Shown: positions 19,760 to 23,812 of the stretch, piece after piece
How positions within the stretch are numbered: the stretch's first letter is position 1
Layout of the letters: each line of letters starts with the position of its first letter
Assembly (NCBI GenBank): GCA_043822705.1
Contig: JBDRBK010000057.1
Coordinates: forward strand, 1-23,812
Source: Fidelibacterota bacterium
GTDB taxonomy: Bacteria; Fidelibacterota; Marinisomatia; Marinisomatales; TCS56
Direction of reading: 5' to 3'
Length of the DNA stretch: 23,812 nt
The notes under the pieces: model-generated
Told to the model about the DNA's origin: nothing
What the model saw: only the letters and a program-made list of their open reading frames with translations
The model's database searches: none
Made by a program: the position numbers and the translations under genes

Positions 19760-20334
19760 GCGACATCGACCGCGATAAAATTATCAACATTACCCATGAA
19801 TTGCTGACCGAGATCGGCGAAGATCCAACACGCGAAGGACTGCTACGGACGCCGCTGCGGGTGGCCAAAGCCTGGGAATTCTTTTCCAAAGGTTACCGGA
19901 CCGAGCTCGATGATATCATCAACGATGCGATTTTCGAAGAGGATTGCACTGAAATGGTAATCGTCCGGGACATCGAATTCTTCTCGATGTGCGAACACCA
20001 CATGCTGCCGTTTTTCGGCAAGGCGCACGTGGGTTATATCCCCAGCGGCAAGGTCATCGGCCTGTCCAAGATACCGCGGATCGTGGAAATGTTTTCGCGC
20101 CGCCTGCAGGTGCAGGAGCGGCTGACCCACCAGGTGGCGGAAACGCTGCGGGATGTTTTGAATCCCATCGGCGTGGCGGTGGTTATCGAAGGCCGCCACC
20201 TGTGCATGCAGATGCGCGGGGTCGAAAAGCAGAATTCGTTTGCCACCACCAGCGCCATGCTGGGCGAATTCCACGACGAGGCCGAAACCAGAATGGAATT
20301 TTTGAGTATCATCGGTCTGCGTAATTTCAGGTAG
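19756..20334 (+). CDS. folE: GTP cyclohydrolase I
   Basis: [51 protein letters not shown]. Confidence 0.97.
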   Translation: MSDIDRDKIINITHELLTEIGEDPTREGLLRTPLRVAKAWEFFSKGYRTELDDIINDAIFEEDCTEMVIVRDIEFFSMCEHHMLPFFGKAHVGYIPSGKVIGLSKIPRIVEMFSRRLQVQERLTHQVAETLRDVLNPIGVAVVIEGRHLCMQMRGVEKQNSFATTSAMLGEFHDEAETRMEFLSIIGLRNFR

Positions 20335-20351
20335 CTGTTTTGTCAAAATAT

Positions 20352-20448
20352 TGTCACCCTGAGCCTGCCGGTGCACCGTAGTGTCAACGGAGGCGTATCG
20401 AAGGGTGCTGAACGATATATTCGCATACTTCGACAAGCTCAGTGAGAC
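20352..20448. repeat. REP-like palindromic element between folE and lpdA
   Basis: ctgagc/gctcag and tcgaag/cttcga nested matches; first half is an inverted copy of 15039-15094. Confidence 0.75.
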
Positions 20449-20460
20449 TGACACAGAAAA

Positions 20461-21861
20461 ATGGAGCAAAACGTGGAAAAATTTGATATTGCCGTTTTAG
20501 GCGGCGGTCCCGGTGGTTACGTGGCGGCGATCCGGGCGGCCCAACTGGGTAAGAAAGTCGCCATTATCGACCGCGATCGTCTCGGCGGCGTCTGCCTGAA
20601 CTGGGGTTGCATACCGACCAAGGCGCTGCTGAAGAACGCTGAGGTGCTGCATACCGTCAAGAACGCCAAAAAATTCGGGATTACCGTCGACAATTTCACT
20701 GTCGATTTCCCGGCCACGATCAAGCGCAGCCGCCAGACCGCCGACCGCCTCTCACAGGGTGTCGAATTCCTGATGAAGAAAAACCAGATCACGGTCTTGG
20801 CCGGTACCGGTAAACTGACAGCGGGCAATCGGTTGGAGATCAACGGCCAGGATGGTACGGTGCAAGTGGAAGCGGCCACGATCATAATCGCCACCGGCGC
20901 CCGCAACCGGACTTTTCCGGGTCTGGAAACGGATGGAACCAAAGTTATTTCGGCCAAAGAAGCAATGGTTTTGGCGGCGCCCCCGGAGAAAATGGTGATC
21001 ATCGGCGCCGGCGCCATCGGCGTGGAATTTGCGTATTTCTATAACGAATATGGCACGGAAGTGCACCTGGTGGAGATGCTGCCGCAAATCCTGCCGGTGG
21101 AGGACGAGGAAGTCGCCCGCGAACTGGAAAAATCCTTTCTGAAGTCAGGCATCAAAATCCACAAGAACACACGGGTCGAGAAAATCGACCGGGACGGTAC
21201 CGGAGTGCAGGTGCACACCGAGTCCGGTGGAAAAACCCAGGTGATCGCCGGCGATGTCGCCCTGGTGGCGGTTGGCGTGACCGGCAATATCGAAGGCATC
21301 GGACTGGAAGCGGTCGGTATCAAAACCGACCGCGGCGCGATCACCGTCAATGAATTCGGTCAGACCAGTCTGGTCAATGTTTATGCCATCGGCGACGTGG
21401 CCGGTCCGCCCTGGCTGGCCCATGTGGCTTCGGCCCAGGGCCGGATCGCCGTGGAACATGCCGCCGGCCGCACCCCGCGCCCCCTGGATTTAAGCAACAT
21501 TCCCGGCTGTACCTACTGCCAGCCGCAGGTGGCTTCGCTGGGACTGACCGAGGCCCAGGCACGGGAAGCCGGTCTGGATATCAAAGTCGGTCGTTTCAAT
21601 TTCCGGGCGATCGGCAAGGCCCTGGCGATCGGTGAGAGCACCGGTTTCGCCAAGCTGATTTTCAGCGCCGAGTACGGCGAAATCCTGGGCTGCCACATCA
21701 TCGGACCGGAAGCCACCGAACTGCTGGCCGAGCTGGTGGTGGCCAAGGCGCTGGAAGCCACCTGGATCGATATCGCCAATACCGTACATGCCCACCCGAC
21801 GCTGTCGGAGGTAGTCATGGAAGCGGCGGCCGACGCTTTCGGCGAGGCGATCCACCACTGA
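20461..21861 (+). CDS. lpdA: Dihydrolipoyl dehydrogenase
   Basis: GGGPGGY, GGVCLNWGCIPTK, GAGAIGVE, HAHPTLSE. Confidence 0.97.
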   Translation: MEQNVEKFDIAVLGGGPGGYVAAIRAAQLGKKVAIIDRDRLGGVCLNWGCIPTKALLKNAEVLHTVKNAKKFGITVDNFTVDFPATIKRSRQTADRLSQGVEFLMKKNQITVLAGTGKLTAGNRLEINGQDGTVQVEAATIIIATGARNRTFPGLETDGTKVISAKEAMVLAAPPEKMVIIGAGAIGVEFAYFYNEYGTEVHLVEMLPQILPVEDEEVARELEKSFLKSGIKIHKNTRVEKIDRDGTGVQVHTESGGKTQVIAGDVALVAVGVTGNIEGIGLEAVGIKTDRGAITVNEFGQTSLVNVYAIGDVAGPPWLAHVASAQGRIAVEHAAGRTPRPLDLSNIPGCTYCQPQVASLGLTEAQAREAGLDIKVGRFNFRAIGKALAIGESTGFAKLIFSAEYGEILGCHIIGPEATELLAELVVAKALEATWIDIANTVHAHPTLSEVVMEAAADAFGEAIHH

Positions 21862-21873
21862 GCGAACGTAGCA

Positions 21874-22542
21874 ATGACCGCCAGCCCCGCCGCCCACCGG
21901 ATTGATATTCTGGACCTGGGTTTCCGTAGTTACCAGGAAACCTGGGACCTGCAGAAACAACTGCAGGCCCGGCGGATCGCCGGTGAGATCGACGATACGC
22001 TGATTCTGGTGGAGCACGAACCGGTTTATACCATCGGGCGCAACGCCGATCGCAGCAACCTGCGCAATGGCTATCCGGCCGACGTCAAAATATTTCAGGT
22101 CGAACGCGGCGGCGATATTACCTGGCACGGTCCCGGTCAACTGGTAGGCTACCCGATCATTGACCTGCACCGCTACCAGCTCAGCGCCGGCTGGCTGATC
22201 CGCTCGCTGGAACAGGTGCTGATCGACACCCTGGCCGATTTCGGTATTACCGCCGGGCTGCGCGCCGATTATATCGGCGTCTGGACCGGTGATGAGAAGA
22301 TCGCCGCCCTGGGCGTGCGCCTGTCGCGCTGGGTCAGCATGCACGGTTTCGCCCTGAATGTGAATCCCGACCTGCGCTATTACAGCGGCATCATTCCCTG
22401 CGGCATCGCCGATCTGGGGGTGACCTCGATGAGCGCCCGCCTGGACCGGACGGTTACGCTGGTGGAAGTCAAACCGGTACTGCTGCGGCATTTCGGCGCC
22501 GTCTTTACGGCGGAACTGACGGAAAGTGAATTTTATGACTGA
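21874..22542 (+). CDS. lipB: Lipoyl(octanoyl) transferase
   Basis: EHEPVYTIG, RGGDITWHGPGQLVGYP, KIAALG, HGFALN, IIPCG. Confidence 0.95.
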   Translation: MTASPAAHRIDILDLGFRSYQETWDLQKQLQARRIAGEIDDTLILVEHEPVYTIGRNADRSNLRNGYPADVKIFQVERGGDITWHGPGQLVGYPIIDLHRYQLSAGWLIRSLEQVLIDTLADFGITAGLRADYIGVWTGDEKIAALGVRLSRWVSMHGFALNVNPDLRYYSGIIPCGIADLGVTSMSARLDRTVTLVEVKPVLLRHFGAVFTAELTESEFYD

Positions 22543-23419
22543 AATGCCGAAAACCAGGCCCGCCAAACCGGCCTGGATGAAAATCAAGTTGCAGGTCGGC
22601 GACGATTACCGCTTTGTCCGCGATATCATCGCCAGCCGGCGCCTGCACACCGTCTGCGAAGAGGCGCGCTGCCCCAATGTTTATGAATGCTGGAGCCGCC
22701 GTACCGCCACGATCATGATTCTGGGCGACACCTGCACCCGGGCCTGCGGTTTCTGCGCCGTCAAAACCGGCCGGCCGCCGCCGGTCGATTTGTCGGAACC
22801 GCAGCGGACCGCCGCCGCCGTCCGTGAACTGCAGCTCCGGCATGTAGTCATCACTTCCGTGGACCGGGACGACCTCAAGGATGATTTCGGCGCCGCCATC
22901 TGGGCCGCCACGATCCGGGCCGTGCACCGGGAAGCGCCCGGTTGTACGGTGGAGGTGCTGACGCCTGATTTTCAGGGCTACAGCCCGGCGCTGGAAAAGG
23001 TCTTTGCCGCCCGCCCGGAAATTTTCAGTCATAACGTGGAATGCGTACAGCGGATCAGCCGCCGGGTCCGGGCCCAGTCCGACTGGCAGCGCAGCCTGGG
23101 CGTGCTGCGGCAATCGCTGGAATTCGGATTGCTGACCAAGACCGGGATCATGGTCGGCCTGGGCGAAACCAAAGCGGAAGTACTGGAGACAATGCGCGCG
23201 GTGGCGGATCTGGGCGTACAGATATTTACCATCGGTCAATACCTGCAACCGACCAGGGATCATCTGCCGGTTGCCCGTTATGTGGAACCGGAGGAATTCG
23301 ATGAATATCGCCGGATTGGCCGGGAATACGGTTTCCGGGTGGTGGAGGCCGGGCCGCTGGTGCGCAGCTCTTATCATGCCGACGAACAGGCGCGGAACAG
23401 CAGATTGGATAAACAATGA
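22535..23419 (+). CDS. lipA: Lipoyl synthase
   Basis: CEEARCPNVYEC, CTRACGFC, RSSYHA; ATG at 22535 overlaps the lipB end. Confidence 0.96.
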   Translation: MTEMPKTRPAKPAWMKIKLQVGDDYRFVRDIIASRRLHTVCEEARCPNVYECWSRRTATIMILGDTCTRACGFCAVKTGRPPPVDLSEPQRTAAAVRELQLRHVVITSVDRDDLKDDFGAAIWAATIRAVHREAPGCTVEVLTPDFQGYSPALEKVFAARPEIFSHNVECVQRISRRVRAQSDWQRSLGVLRQSLEFGLLTKTGIMVGLGETKAEVLETMRAVADLGVQIFTIGQYLQPTRDHLPVARYVEPEEFDEYRRIGREYGFRVVEAGPLVRSSYHADEQARNSRLDKQ

Positions 23420-23712
23420 AAAAGAATGAATTGACCCTGTATATCGTGACAGCTGTCGCCGGGTTACTGCTGCTATTGCTGATCTACGCTCCGTCGATCC
23501 TCCCTGGCCCGCGACCGGCGGGACCGGAGTCCGCCCCGGTGTTGTCAGCCCTGCCGTTTCATATGTCCTTTGTAAATGAGGATACCTGTTTGCAGTGCCA
23601 TCGGGAGGCGCGGCAGATCAACCTGAAGGGTGAAATCATGGAAGCACAGGCAATCGCCCATGAACCGCGGACCAATTGTACAGCCTGCCACCGGCTACCA
23701 AATATGATGTAA
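23416..23712 (+). CDS. Small membrane-anchored diheme c-type cytochrome (NapB-like arrangement)
   Basis: N-terminal TM helix; CLQCH and CTACH; extra His in PFH and IAH as candidate distal ligands. Confidence 0.75.
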   Translation: MKKNELTLYIVTAVAGLLLLLLIYAPSILPGPRPAGPESAPVLSALPFHMSFVNEDTCLQCHREARQINLKGEIMEAQAIAHEPRTNCTACHRLPNMM

Positions 23713-23812
23713 AAGACTGCCAGATTGTGTATTTTTCGCCGCCTGCGTGACACAATCGCAGGTGATAAAGGCTGGCACACTTATTGTGAATCTCCGTGCA
23801 CAACACTTTAAG

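Overview
Bacterial chromosomal window, mostly GC-rich housekeeping genes. The gene content (T9SS-type C-terminal domains, a dockerin-bearing peptidase, the REP families) suggests an FCB-group organism, possibly Marinimicrobia; this is inference only. Left part: edge of an IS3-family element, a GroES-like gene with an in-frame stop at codon 3, class B acid phosphatase, hemW, three secreted proteins (M14 peptidase, S8 peptidase, FN3-like/CTD protein), a lipoprotein, a flavin reductase and a FadF/HdrD-like Fe-S membrane oxidoreductase. Right part: MBL hydrolase, receiver protein, nth, queD-like/queuosine-precursor transporter/folE, lpdA-lipB-lipA and a diheme cytochrome c. Between them (~11830-16400) is a repeat-rich accessory region, AT-rich from ~12200 to ~14330, starting next to a diverged duplicate of the oxidoreductase 3' end. 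It holds two minus-strand cassettes, each preceded by a copy of the same ~100-bp promoter/leader element. Cassette 1 is a minimal HNH nuclease followed by a ~306-nt, almost fully base-paired RNA element closed by a 12-bp inverted repeat; the element hides an unannotated 42-aa ORF whose very strong Shine-Dalgarno is locked in a long stem. Cassette 2 is a ThsB-like TIR gene plus a TIR-membrane-effector fusion. Upstream of both lies a phased array of 20 x 21-bp palindromic units. The HNH + structured RNA/sORF module and the TIR/TIR-membrane pair are the best candidates for undescribed defence or toxin-antitoxin systems.
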